NCBI GenBank assembly: GCA_001662655.1
Contig: KV460252.1
DNA length: 64,000 nt
Source: Pseudogymnoascus verrucosus
Lineage: Eukaryota
Direction: 5' to 3' (one strand)
The number at the start of each line of letters is the position of its first letter. Position 1 is the stretch's first letter. Positions 32,220 to 44,637 of the stretch are shown one piece after another. The translations under genes and the position numbers were made by a program. Under the pieces are notes generated by a model that saw nothing but the letters and a program-made list of their open reading frames with translations, was not told the DNA's origin and did not search any database.

Positions 32220-34446
32220 TCAAACAACAACAGCAGCAACCAATATCCCCGCCCCCCACCCCCAAACCAACCCCCACCCTCCCCCTCCCCCAACAATCCC
32301 CCTCAACCCCCCGCCCTGCGCACTAACCATCCCCCACAACATCCCCGCCACCAACACCGCGACAGCAATACGTCCCACGAAGTTAGGGACCACGGTGAAC
32401 ATAAGCACAGGGAGCAGGATCGAGGCGAGCGCCGCGAGGAGGAGCGCGCGTTGGGTGTGTGGCTGCGTTTGTTGCTGGTGTTGGTAGTGCGTAGGTGGAG
32501 GAGGGGTGAGGGTACGCTGTACACTCTCCACTGGTGCTACCACCGGCGCGGCAACCGGCGCAGGAGGTGGAGGCGGGGGGGCGAGAGATATCAAATCCCC
32601 CCCCCTCTCGAGGAACCTCGCCTCCTCCCACACAACCGGCTGTGTATTCGCCAAAAACGCGCGGTAAGCTTCAACATCCTTACTCTCAGCCGCGGGAAGA
32701 CGGGAGGTTTTAGCAAAGGAGGTGAGAGACGCATTATACTGCGCCATTTTGTAACTAACCCGCGCGAGCAGGTCGGCGCGGTGGTGGTCTAATTGCGAGG
32801 GCTGCTGGGCCGCCGCGCGCCGGGAGGAGGGGTGGGTGTGCGTTTTCAACCCCCTTTCTCTGTTCTCCTCGTTCCTGCGAGACCTCCGACCACCAGGTGA
32901 TCTAGCAACGGCGGAGGACGGCGTAGGCGGTAGTGCTAAAGTGCGCGACGCAGCGTCCGCGGCGTCGAGGGCGGAGAGATGCGATTCTAACTCGCAGAGC
33001 TCATCTTGCATGTGTAACAACAACCTATGATTCAGCGTCGCGAAACGCCTGTACACCGGCGGAGAGGTGGTTAAGTGCGTAGCGAGGGCGTCGTATCCGC
33101 TTGGTGGCGGTAAGCGGGGAGATAGGGCCTGCATGTCTTGGTGGGGATGAGGGTGCAGCGAGAGGGGTGGGGGAGTGTGCTGGTTTTGATGACGGGGGTG
33201 CTGGTGGTATCCCCCGGGCGTGGAGTGGAAGTCTTGTCGCATTTGCGCTGCTCTCATTTGTGCTGCTAATTTCGCCTCCGTTGGCGACGCGAGAGGTTGT
33301 GCGCCTGTGGGGGGTCGGGATAAGAGCAGTCGCGGCGTCGGCGAGGGAGACCCTTTGACGGATTGCTCAGGACTCGTACTCCGATCTGTATCCATGTCGA
33401 CGTCGGCGCGGGACGAGGTATCAGACGCCGTGAAAGAGGATGCGGAGGACAGGGAGGGTGTGCGGGCGTGCGAGGAGGAGAAGGTTGGAGCCATAGGGGT
33501 GGCGTCGTCGGCGGAGGAGGTGGGGGAGAGGGGGTGCAGCCAGGTGGTTTGAGGACGGGGTTGGGAGGGGTGGGAGTCGTCGTCGTCGGAGTGAGAGTCG
33601 GGGGTTTCTGAGTCGTTGGGGTGAGGTGCGGGTGATGGGGCGTGGGGTGCGTATTGGATGGTCTCGTCGTTCTCGTTTTCGTCTATGTCGGAATCTGAGT
33701 CCGAGTCTTCGTCTTCTTCCTCGTCCTCATCGGAGCTGGAGGAGTCTTCGTCGAGGTATGCGAAGACGTTTGGTGGGTCGGGTGCAGCTGTATCTGTTAG
33801 AAATGGAAAGGCTTAGGAGTGTGAGAAACATACCAGGTGATAATGGACCCTCCTCTGGCTCCTCAGTAGTCCCCGAAATAGTAACCTCCTGCACAGTCTC
33901 AGTGCGCGACATCGACGCCTGCGTGATAGTCGAGTTACTCCCACTCGATCCGCCCGAATTATTCGTCGCAGTCGTGAGAGACGTCATCGTCGACAGAAGC
34001 GAAGGAGACGTCAACCGTCCCCTCGCAGCAGCCAACACCGATCTATAATCCTTTGGTTCTTCCTCCTCCTCCTCCTCCTCATCCTCCTCCGAAGAAGAAG
34101 AATCGCTATCCGCATCCCTCCTAGCATGTCGCGGATGCTGCCGCACTAAACTCTGCGACGACTCCTCACCATGCGCCGGCGCGTACCGCTTCGCCGAATT
34201 GGCTTTTGGTTTGCTACTTTTCGAAACATGTTTGCTGCTGCTGCTGCTGAATGATGAGCGATGCGATTTCCTCGATTTCTCTTTGGAATGTGCTGCTGAC
34301 GTTGTGGTTGTGGGAGAGGGGTTGCCATCTCGGCGCTGCTTCTTATCACTTATCGTGCGCGACGCACCCCTGGACCCAGCAAGGTCCTCGTCGGGAGACT
34401 CGATGATGGCGTCGATGGACTGTGAGTGTTGGTATCTGGGAGCCAT
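32220..34446 (-). CDS. DUF6594-like protein with C-terminal TM helices (2 exons)
   Basis: Exon 1 MAPRYQ...PLSP; GTATGT...CTAAC...CAG intron (about 33833-33788) joins in frame to APDPPNVFAYLDED and the 424-aa ORF containing PVYRRFATLNHRLLLHMQDELCELE and hydrophobic C-terminal helices. Confidence 0.8.
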
Positions 34447-37443
34447 TTTTTGTATTGATTCAGGATGATAAATGAGTTACTCAGAATGAGTGAGACCTGC
34501 GGGGGGATTTGGGTCAATATTTATCAATCAACCGCGGGTATTGTATTTGAGGAGTTGGTTGGTGGTGGTATAGGAGAGGGGTGTTAAGACTCCCTCTTAC
34601 CATGTCCGGCAGCATGTGCGAGTTTGGTGGAGATTGGGGTGTCTTACCTGACGTGACGGGAAGAGAAAATGTGAGAGCTGATCAATGCGACCTGTCTCAC
34701 GCAGCGGCAGAATTCGATAGAGGGGTATTATTGTATTTCGAGATAGATTGATTTCTCTTTTTTTTTGTTCACAATTCCATGGCCACGAGTGAGGCCGCGT
34801 ATGATATATAATATAGCTTTCTTTTGACGGGGGTAGATAAATCGAGTTGCGTCGTATCTTAGTAGTGGCGGTTGGTGGTGTTCCAGACGTGTTTCAGCGC
34901 TTCATGGCCACGAGACTGCACTCAAACATTTGGCGGGGTGAGAAGGGAGGGAGAGCGGGTGAGAGGATGGGGGGTGATGTATTGGATCAATTCGGGTTTT
35001 TCTTTTAAAACAAGATCTGAGGGTATTTTGTTTCGAGCTGATGAATGGGATGGTTGTGTCGATCGATCCTTGGGGAAAACGCCTTGCGCCAATGGTGGAA
35101 GTAAGGAGGTACTGGGGTTGTTTGCAGCAATCGCAGGAATCGCAGTGATTTTCTGGTAGTTTTCTTCTCGTTTTCTGTCGTTTTCTGGTAGTTTTCTGGT
35201 CGTTATTGGTGGTTGTCGTTGTTCGTGGTGGTTGCTGCTAACTATCCCTTCCCTGGGCCGTTTGTGTGGCTGAGAGCTGAAGCTGAAGCCGGAGCTTGGT
35301 TGTCGGGGATTCTATTGTTGGATCATAACTTGGATCATCGCGGGATCGTCGTGATGCAAAGTAAATCCCAAAAATAGTCGTACAGACGATGATGATGAGT
35401 ACAGACGAGATGATCAAGACAGTATTGTATTGTACAGACTGTAAGACGGCGGAACGGAGGAGCAGGTAAGGACAAAGACAAGTGTACGAAGTAAGGGACA
35501 GGCAGACGAAGATGTCGTGATGATGTCCGTGATGCCGTACTGTACAAATCGTATTGTACAGAGTGAAGAGTAAGGAGTGGACGGTGAAGGGTGAAGAATG
35601 AGGAGTGCAAAGGAAGGTTATGATGTAAATGAGGCCGTGGTAGTGATTGTCGTGATAGTACTGGCAGTAACTGTGCGCACACAACAAAATTGTACTGTAC
35701 TGTACACACAAACTGTTACAGCGCAACAACGTCCGTCAGAGTCAAAAGTCAACAACATCCTACTCTTCCCGGGGCTTCACCTTCTTTTCTACTGCAGCAT
35801 CGACGCCCAACTACTATGCAAGAGAACAAACCGGGGCGCCCTGCACGCCGCCGAACTCTCTGGGCAAACCTGGGGGCAAGAGTAGAAAAAAAAAGTGCAA
35901 AACCACCACCGACCAATGCACGGAAAACACATCATGTCCCACCGCCGTACATATGACGCTGTACACAAGAGGATCCCCCTCGCCTCATCCTCTGCCCATC
36001 CTGCACGTAAGAGGAGTGTCAGTGTCATGCTGGATATGCTGTGCATACACCCTCTTGCACAACACTGGCCGCCTTGGATGCACAAACCTGCACTCCTCCT
36101 CAGAGCACGCACAGTGGCCACCAAAGAGAGGGGAGGAAGAAAGTCAGTGGGAGAAGTCAGCTGCACATCTGCTGTTCTTGTCGTGATGGCGCTGGGGAGC
36201 AAATCATAGCACCGAAGGAAGATGGATTTCTCCATCCAGCTGCAGCTGCACAGTGCAGAATCCATGTATACCGCCCATAACCACGTCCATCTACCGACCC
36301 CCTATGAACCTTACCGACCCAACCCTTTTGTGCCATTGGGTGCATAACCCGACCATGACGACGGGCTTGTCTGCGCGTGCGAACCGCCCAAGCATATTTT
36401 ATCCACGCGCCCAATCTTGGGGAAGGAGGCAGGTATGTAGTTATGCCTTGCTTACACAGCTCGAAGCTTCCCCGCGGACTGAAGCTGTCGAAGGTACGCA
36501 CGGTGAGGAAGGAAGGGATGGAACGATACACGCTCTCGAGTACGCACAGTGGGGTCCCTTCTATCCGCTCACCGTCTCCCCACTATCTCCACCTCCCCGC
36601 CGTCACGGGCAAAACCTTCACAAAAATCCGTCAGCGTGTGGATGTGGAGTGAGGGACCTAATGTGGCGCCTCGCCTCGCCTGTGCTGTGCTGTGGCTAAC
36701 CCCTCCGCGCCAAGCCAGATCCAAGCTACAGCACACCACACTACACTACCCTCCCCCCAGCGCCGGCGCGGCTCGAAGATCCCACCCCATCTCAAGGTCC
36801 CTTCCCCGAGACCTTAATATAGGGTGTCCGACAGCATATCGATAGTTGATACTCGGCGTCACTTATGATATCCGCAAGGAGAAGGTGAGTCTGTTGAGGT
36901 GAGGAACTGGCGGGGAGGGTGAGACACGGAGACACTTGTTCCGGAAGGAGGGGATGGAGGTTGGGGGGGAGATGGGAGGGGAGAGGAAGAGGTGGTGGGA
37001 TTGGGATTGGAAAATGGCGGAGGAAAGGGGGAGGGGGGAATCAGGAGATGGGAGTGATAGGCTTGGTCAGGATTGGTAAAGATCTCAGGTAGCTATCACA
37101 TATAATATATGAGAGAAACACTGGCACAATATCCTGACCTCCGCGAGCAACAACGATTGGGAAGCGATGGACTATGTCGTGCTTGGGCGATTTATCCAGC
37201 CAGAGGACGACGATGAGATGCGTTTATTTGTACTATAGTTCCAGCGGCGATGACTCCGTACCCACGGCTCGGTAGGTTGGTAGACGACGACGACATGATA
37301 ATGACGGCGCGGTGGGAGTGACGGTAGTTCGTAACGGTGACAGAAAGGCTGCGGCGACGAGAAAGCTGTTCTGGTGAGAAGGAGGGTGACTGTAGGGGAG
37401 TCGAGCCTAAAGCTACAGATGTTTATTACTAAGCCTCGTTAGA

Positions 37444-38826
37444 ATGAATGCCTCCAGCGACGGTCGAGAACAACCAACCCCGCTCTTCGTCGAGTTGGAA
37501 GGCGAACAACCCGCCTCGCTTTCTATGGCCCCCTATCTACCGCAAGAGATTATTGATCTGATAATCTGGCACACCGAGGATAATCTGACGCTGGCCTCAC
37601 TACGGCTGGTTTCAAGACTATGTCGGAGCAGTGCCACCCCTCTCTATTTCAGGCGGCTACCTATTATGTTATCGAACAACTCCGCTGCTAACATCGAAAA
37701 CCTTACTCGATCACCTTATAGTAGCTATGTGGAAGAGCTCCATTGGGCTGACAAGGAACTCCAATACCAGTTAAATGACAACCTCGAGACTTTTCAAGAC
37801 GCCTTTAAGGAGAGATTAGCAGGGTTATCGAGCGAGGCCGTAATAGAGTGGCATGAGAAATATCGCGCCTGGTACAGCGGACAGGAAAGCTTGTACTATC
37901 CCATTTACGTTGGGACTGGCGAGAAAACCTTCGACGTGAGGGGTTTCGTCAACCTGAAAAGGGTGTCTGTTACCAATGACTGTGAAGCTGGGGCTGAGCA
38001 ATACCCAACTGCACTCGAGGCACCAGATATCCTCGACCGTCCCGCCCCATGGAGCACCACGAGATCGTGCAGCCCGCAGCGGGGAGGCACGTATGTCATG
38101 ATTCTGAAGTCTCTAGCTACGCTAAACAGGCTCACGCATTTGTCTATCAAAACAGAGGGCGCGAAATGGGAGAGGGTATTCATGTCTCCCCGTCAGATAC
38201 CTAATGGAACTAGACCGGTATCGCTGTCGCTGTTTGAAAGCATCACGCACCTCGATATTGATCTGTGCATGTGGGACGTGCATCCGTATGGCCATATACC
38301 AACACCTCAGTGCCGTGTCATAAACTTTGGAGAGGCTAGAAACCTCGAGTCGCTGACTTGGAAAACCCATCTCCATGCCGTGGATGAGGCAGGGAACCTA
38401 GGGAGGCCGCTAAAGGGGCTCCAGGCCGCTCGCTGGTGTCCTCCTGTATTTGCAATTCGCTCTGAACTCTATCCCAAACTCCGCTACCTTGAGGTCGATT
38501 GCTTCCGCGTTTCTATACATTGGCTCATAACTGGCTTAACGGCTCTGCAATCGTCCCTCCAGTCTCTCATCTTGAGACGCTGCATTTTCAAGCCCCCTCT
38601 TGCGAAGATATTCGTGGAACTCCGGAAGAGAAAAATCGTGCCACCTGTGGCTATATTTGAGAACAGCCAAAACAATGCCAGTCAACCAGATCCGGAGAGA
38701 CCAAACGTTTTGAATGAAGTTGCTATTACACGATATCTAGTCTGGTTGGGGATGAAGGAAACCTTGTGTCTGCACTCCTGGGATGAGCAGATTGAGGCCT
38801 ATGAGGAGCGGGCTCTGAGAGTGTGA
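37444..38826 (+). CDS. F-box-like / LRR-like protein (start may be ATG 37525)
   Basis: LPQEIIDLII...LASLRLVSR...ATPLYFRRL F-box-like pattern; LRR-like LxxLxL repeats (LTHLSI, ITHLDI, LESLTW, LRYLEV, LQSLIL). Confidence 0.72.
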   Translation: MNASSDGREQPTPLFVELEGEQPASLSMAPYLPQEIIDLIIWHTEDNLTLASLRLVSRLCRSSATPLYFRRLPIMLSNNSAANIENLTRSPYSSYVEELHWADKELQYQLNDNLETFQDAFKERLAGLSSEAVIEWHEKYRAWYSGQESLYYPIYVGTGEKTFDVRGFVNLKRVSVTNDCEAGAEQYPTALEAPDILDRPAPWSTTRSCSPQRGGTYVMILKSLATLNRLTHLSIKTEGAKWERVFMSPRQIPNGTRPVSLSLFESITHLDIDLCMWDVHPYGHIPTPQCRVINFGEARNLESLTWKTHLHAVDEAGNLGRPLKGLQAARWCPPVFAIRSELYPKLRYLEVDCFRVSIHWLITGLTALQSSLQSLILRRCIFKPPLAKIFVELRKRKIVPPVAIFENSQNNASQPDPERPNVLNEVAITRYLVWLGMKETLCLHSWDEQIEAYEERALRV

Positions 38827-39104
38827 AAAGATGGATTTACGCCGCATAAGACAGCGACGGATGCTACCATTTTCAGCAGCTTCTTTGCCGTCAGACAATT
38901 AAATGGAGTTGACTTTACGTACGCGTCGTGTTACTCGTAATAAATTTGTTATAACTTTATTATAAGTGATAATTTGAGATTATGTCATCACGGACCGGGC
39001 CCATCGGCGCCCTGACTAGGGAAACGCCGACCAAAATATTGTCGTCAGCTAAATCCGATTCCACGACTTCCACAAAGTCTGCCTCCCCACCATAAGCCAA
39101 CACC

Positions 39105-41006
39105 ATGCCGCGAATCCCACCGCGGCTCATCCAGAGCTACATATTCGGTGGCAGCATCCGTTCACACCAATGCCTCCGCCCCAGCCGCACAGCCACGGCA
39201 TCCCTCCTCCGCCCCCTCCACACCAGCCCAGCGCGGCATAGCCCAGGAGTCGAGCCTCCCTCCCCCAACGACGCCGGCGACGAACCCTACGTCCCCCTCC
39301 GCAAACAAATCAAAGACGAGCTCAAGCGCCGCAAAGCTGCCGCGCGCAACCCCTCCTCCAGCCCCCCCAACGCCTCCGCCGAGCGTCTCCCAGACTGGGA
39401 ACTCACAGTTGGCATCGAGATCCACGCCCAGCTCAACACCCCCACGAAGCTCTTCTCCGTCGCCTCAACCGCGCCCTCCCCCACCCCAAACACGAACATC
39501 ACGCCCTTTGACCTCGCCATCCCGGGCTCCCAGCCCATATTCCAGCCTACAACCCTCATCCCCGCCGTGCGCGCCGCGCTGGCCCTGAACTGCACTATCC
39601 ACAATACCTCCACCTTCGACCGCAAACACTACTTCCACTGGGACCAACCGGCCGGCTACCAGCTGACGCAGTTCTACCGCCCCTTCGCGACAGATGGACA
39701 CATCACACTCTACGAACATGACGGCATCTCCCCCGAAGACTGCCCCATGGTGACCATCGGCATCAAACAAGTGCAGATGGAACAAGACACCGCCAAAACC
39801 ATCACAACCACCGACGCCGACGGCTCCGAATCCCACCTAATCGACTACTCCCGCGTCGGCACCCCCCTCATTGAAATCATCACACACCCCCACCTCGCCC
39901 ACCCCCGCACAGCCGCCGCACTCATCCGCAAAATCCAAACCCTCCTCCACTCCGTCAACGCCTGCGTCATCGGCATGGAAAGCGGTGGTCTCCGCGCAGA
40001 CGTCAATGTCTCCGTGCGACCCCGCGAGTCCGCATCAGTAGAGCTAGGCCAGCGCACGGAGATCAAAAATCTCTCCTCCTACAAGAGTATCCGCGACGCC
40101 ATCGTCGCCGAGCGCACGCGCCAGATCGACGTCCTCGAGTCCGGCGGCGTCGTCCTCGGCGAAACCCGCGGCTTCAGCGTCGGCGACTCGGAGACGAGAC
40201 GACTACGCGCTAAGGAGGGAGAGGTAGATTACAGATACATGCCCGACCCCGACATCCCCCCCATCATAATCGGCACCGACCTCGTCACCCGCCTCTCCGA
40301 GACCCTCGGCACGCTCCCCGACGCCGAAATCGGAATCCTCGTACAGGAATACGGTATCTCGCTCAAAGACGCCCTTTCCCTCGTCGCCCTCGAGAATGGA
40401 GGCAGGGCAGAGTACCTCTACGCCGTCGTCGAAGAACTACGACCTTTTCTCCCCCCTGCCGCTGCCGCCGCCGGCGGCATAGTCCCCCTGGCCCGCAAGG
40501 CGGGGAACTGGGTCCTCCATGAGCTGGGCGCCGCTGCCAACTCGGCTGTCGAGGCAGGGAACGATGCACCCCTCTTTGATGACGAGGGTGTGTGCGTCGT
40601 CTCTCCCGCGCAGATGGCGCGGATCATATACCACGTTGAGCGCGGTGCCATAACAGGAGCGACGGGGAAGGAGCTCCTCGCCGGATTCGTAGCAGCAGCT
40701 GGTGACGGGAAGGGAGCGCCGATTACGAGTGGCGATGAGGTAGATGCGGTTATCGAGAGGGAGGGGATGTGGTTTAAGGGGCTGGATGAAGAGGGGTATA
40801 AAGCGCTTGTTGTGGCGACGAGGGAGGATCGGATTGTGGAGGATGTGAGGAAGAAGGGGTGGGAGAAGGGGAGGGGGAAGATTATGTATTGGGTTGGGCG
40901 GATGGTGAGGGAGGGTGGTGGAGGGGTTGATGCCAAGGTTGCGGAGGGGTGGGTTAGGAGGGCGTTGGAGGAGGAGATTGGGGTTGATGGGAAGAAGGGG
41001 GAGTGA
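39105..41006 (+). CDS. PET112: Glutamyl-tRNA(Gln) amidotransferase subunit B, mitochondrial
   Basis: Mitochondrial presequence; GatB motifs VGIEIHAQL, FDRKHYF, QMEQDTAK, LRADVNVS, RTEIKNL, GETRG, YRYMPDPD. Confidence 0.96.
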   Translation: MPRIPPRLIQSYIFGGSIRSHQCLRPSRTATASLLRPLHTSPARHSPGVEPPSPNDAGDEPYVPLRKQIKDELKRRKAAARNPSSSPPNASAERLPDWELTVGIEIHAQLNTPTKLFSVASTAPSPTPNTNITPFDLAIPGSQPIFQPTTLIPAVRAALALNCTIHNTSTFDRKHYFHWDQPAGYQLTQFYRPFATDGHITLYEHDGISPEDCPMVTIGIKQVQMEQDTAKTITTTDADGSESHLIDYSRVGTPLIEIITHPHLAHPRTAAALIRKIQTLLHSVNACVIGMESGGLRADVNVSVRPRESASVELGQRTEIKNLSSYKSIRDAIVAERTRQIDVLESGGVVLGETRGFSVGDSETRRLRAKEGEVDYRYMPDPDIPPIIIGTDLVTRLSETLGTLPDAEIGILVQEYGISLKDALSLVALENGGRAEYLYAVVEELRPFLPPAAAAAGGIVPLARKAGNWVLHELGAAANSAVEAGNDAPLFDDEGVCVVSPAQMARIIYHVERGAITGATGKELLAGFVAAAGDGKGAPITSGDEVDAVIEREGMWFKGLDEEGYKALVVATREDRIVEDVRKKGWEKGRGKIMYWVGRMVREGGGGVDAKVAEGWVRRALEEEIGVDGKKGE

Positions 41007-41111
41007 AGGGGGGGTGTAGAATATTGTAATTTATGTAATATACCGTACAAATACCAACGCTTTTTTGACAGCTTCAGCGCAACAACAACTCGTTGTGCAC
41101 GCATACCCCAT

Positions 41112-41930
41112 CTACAACTTCTTACACAAAACCACACACCCATCCGCCCTCACCCCTTTTTCCCCACTCACCCCGCCATCCATAACAACCCCCCACCTCT
41201 CAAATCCCTGCCTCCCATAAAACCTATCGGCACCCTCATTCCCCGCCCCCATAACAAGATGAACCCCCCGCACCTCCCTCCCCCTCAATTCCTCCATCAA
41301 CCTTTCTATCATCTTCGCCCCCAACCCCTTGGATTGAAAGGCGGGGAGGATATCGATGTGAAGGTGTGCCGGGTACTCCTCTACCAATTCTGGAAAATCG
41401 CTGTGGAGCATCGACGACGGGTTGTGGAGAGCTTGCAGCATCCCTCCTCCCAGCGTGGCTCCCGACCATGGAAGCGCGGGTGGTGGAGGCGCGGCCCACG
41501 AGGAGGGGAGGCTGGGGAGGTAGGTCTCCTCGTATGCAGCGACAAATGAGGGCGTTGAAGGTGCGCAGAGGATGTAGCCTACGCAGTTTGCGGGTACTAG
41601 GCTTGACGTTCCCGTTACATCCTCGTTATTGCTGTCATTAGAGGCGGAGGCGGAAGCATCCAGGACGAAACATGTCCCGGGTTCTAGCCGCACATAGGGG
41701 ATTGCCCATAGATACGGCCCCAGTGGTGCTGACGGCGCGGGGGCGAGGACGGAGCGTACGTCTGGGGGAGCGGTGATTTCGCACTGGGGGTGTTAGATTT
41801 ATGTCTTGCAATTGGGTGATAGGGGGACTGGAGGGGGGCGTACGATGCGCGAGACAGCTACTTCGTCCCACGAGTCTGGAGCAGAATTGAATGGTCTAAT
41901 CACGATCCCTGACTCTGAGTCTGAGGCCAT
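41112..41930 (-). CDS. GNAT-family acetyltransferase (2 exons)
   Basis: ATG at 41930 (MASDSESGIVIRPF); GTACGC...CTAAC...CAG intron; LWAIPYVRLEP, VGYIL, YPAHLHIDILPAFQSKGLG (acetyl-CoA motif), GVHL...N..A.RFY...GF. Confidence 0.88.
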
Positions 41931-43215
41931 CTTTCTTTCTGTCTCCTCAGATGTTATGGTAGATGTTGCTATTGCTGTTGGTTTCGGTGTTGGCGGGGTA
42001 AGTGTGAGTACTAGTAGTAAATCGAGGGGTAATTATGTCATTCCAATATCACCACAAACAGCAGTCGCGACGCAGGTGCGAACACCCATCTATATAGGCC
42101 CCTCCCACCCCGCGTCCCACTTCCCCTCCCACGGTGCAACGTTCGCCGTCCAACATCGCCGTCACCTACCTAGCCCCTCGGCGCCAGTTACCACGACGGT
42201 GGGTGGCGCACGAACCGGTCCGCTATCCCGGGGCAAACACCGAAGGCCGAAGTTACGCCGTGCGCCTCGCTCTCTCACTTTCACCACCAATGGATCAAAT
42301 TCCTTCTCATATCCCCGTCGACGCGCGCCGCCAGTTCACTCCCGTCTCTCTAGCACTAGGAAACTCACCCGTGCTGTCCGGTCCTCGCCGCCATGCCCAT
42401 CTCCACCGCATGACCCCTCCTCCCCCACTTCATCGGCAATCCCAACTTCACCGAACCCTACCGCTCCGCCCCCGACTACGCCGACTCCAATGACACCGTA
42501 TTCTACACCATCGCTGAATCATCAGCCTCGAGTCACGCAAGCGCCGCGGTCTAGTAGACCCCGCTAGACTATCTAGCATCGTACATGCTTAATGAGCAGC
42601 TCCAGCCAGGCGGCCCCGACCCCAACCCCCCCTCCCCGCCTTGAGGTGCGCCCGCCCGACAACCAGATTGTCGGCGCTGACGCCGACGCTACAGGGGAAT
42701 GGTGGAGTGGGGGGGTTGCTAGGGTTGGATTGGGGGGAGTGGTGTGGGGTTGGAAACGACAATGTAAATGTGCTTATTGATTGATCGATTATAAATTATC
42801 ATCCACCCCCCCAACATCTAATCCAAAACACCAACCCTCTCGCCCTCTATCCCGTCTAACACTAAGACCCTCACCCTCCCATCGGATATGTTGAGGAGAA
42901 GAAGGTCAATCTCTAGGATACGCTCGTTTTGACCCTGAAATGATAGGTTTCCTTTGTGATCACAGCGGGCAGCTCCCCGATTAGCTCTCATGCGCCAGCG
43001 TATGCAGCCACCCGTTCAATCACCAACTGAACTCCTAGATCCTGAGGGCGCGTTGGGGATTTGGGGATGTCCCCAGAGGCCTACAAATACAATACGTATG
43101 CCCGTAGGCAAAGTGATAGTTCAATTGATCTATCTATTCTATTAACTGTACTGATTGCTATTTGTTCTATATACTGTACCGATTGAAGCCTCCTGTTCCA
43201 TTCTGCTAGCCACAA

Positions 43216-43941
43216 TGCCCATCTCCACCGCCGACCTTTCCTCCACCGCCGAACTCCCCTCCCCCACCACCACCCCTATCCTCACCCCCGAGACAGCCTA
43301 TCTCGACATCATCGGCGCTGCGGTCAACCAGAGAAAACCCAGATTCGCCTCAACCTACAGCACCACGCTCTCAAGCTCCACAACGGCTGCGACGACCGCG
43401 TCCTCTACACCATCAGCTGTATCTCCAGCACGATAGAGCTCATGCACGACCTAGACGCCCACCAACTATCCCACTGCGCGCAAGTCTTCAACGAATCCCT
43501 CCGGGACACCACCAACTCCTCCGTCCAGGCGCGAACATTCTCCCAGATCGAAGCAGGCGCCACCTTCGCCGCCAGTGAGGTCCCGCACGTCTCGATCCTC
43601 ACCACCATCGCCTTTCGCCAAGCGGCACGCATATACGCGCTCGGTGTGTTGGGGCGCTACGCCCGCCGCTCCGACAGCATCCGCCCCCTCGTGTCGTGTC
43701 TGACTCGGACGCTAACACTGTTGCCCAAGGCGAATGGCCCCGGCGAAGCGGGGCAGCTATGGATGTATCTCGTTGGTGGAGCGCGAGCATGCCCGCCAAT
43801 GCATTTCGGGTGTTTTTGCCGGCGCGGATGGAGCGCGAGAGGGATAGGAGATTTAGGGCTGTGGTGATTAAGATGATGGAGGCGTGGGGGAAGGATGATG
43901 ATACAAGGGAGGGCATGGGGGAATGGACGCGTGCGGTGTAG
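43216..43941 (+). pseudogene. Degenerate fungal transcription-factor-like (Fungal_trans_2-type) remnant
   Basis: Fragments in shifting frames: AYLDIIGAAVNQRKPRF; IAFRQAARIYAL; LWMYLVGG; FRVFL...MMEAW. These resemble the C-terminal domain of Zn2Cys6 regulators but are broken by stops and frameshifts. Confidence 0.4.
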
Positions 43942-44637
43942 TTGCGTTGGGGTGGGGAAGCTGGTGATACGGATAGAGCCTATAGGGGCGTGTTTGTTAG
44001 TTTTTATGTAATTGCAAATGGGCGTTCAGATGGGATGTACAGGTCTGACAACTTGTGGCCTTTCCAAATGGCGCATCAGTGGTAGATTGTGAGAAACTAT
44101 GATTTAAATGCGATGCTTGGTTCTCATCTCTAAAGTATGATCCTCCCTCCTAATATCTGAACCAAAATACCACTCTCCTCCCCCCCACTATCTCCACATT
44201 CCCCACGTCCAACTCATCCCTTTCCAAAGTCTGCACATGAAATTACCATCTTCCAAGGGAATTGCGAGCGCTGTGATTCACTGTGAAAACTATTAAACCT
44301 CAGTTTATGATATTGTCAAGCCCGATCATCTGTAGCTTATGGTGTGGCTAGATTATAGTAGGACCGTCAACCAGAGAGAGGGACAAACAGAACACATTCT
44401 ATATATATATATAGAATGTATTGACACCGGAATCTCGACACTGCCCATCCCGAACGGGAATTTGCCCTCCACGCCGATTTTGCTCGGGCCAGGCTCTGGG
44501 CCAGCTACGGCTCACCTACAGCTCGAGTTCACAGGTGAGCAGACCATCTACAGCTCAGATCAGTTCAGGTTTGCTTAGGTCTGCTCAAGTTTGCTCACCA
44601 CTGCTAAGGTGAAATACGTCAAGGCTGTCGAAGTTAA

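Noticed and set aside
34500..37400. Many short ORFs and possible ncRNA in a 3-kb intergenic region
   Set aside because: No motifs or consistent coding bias, and no complete snoRNA box set found.
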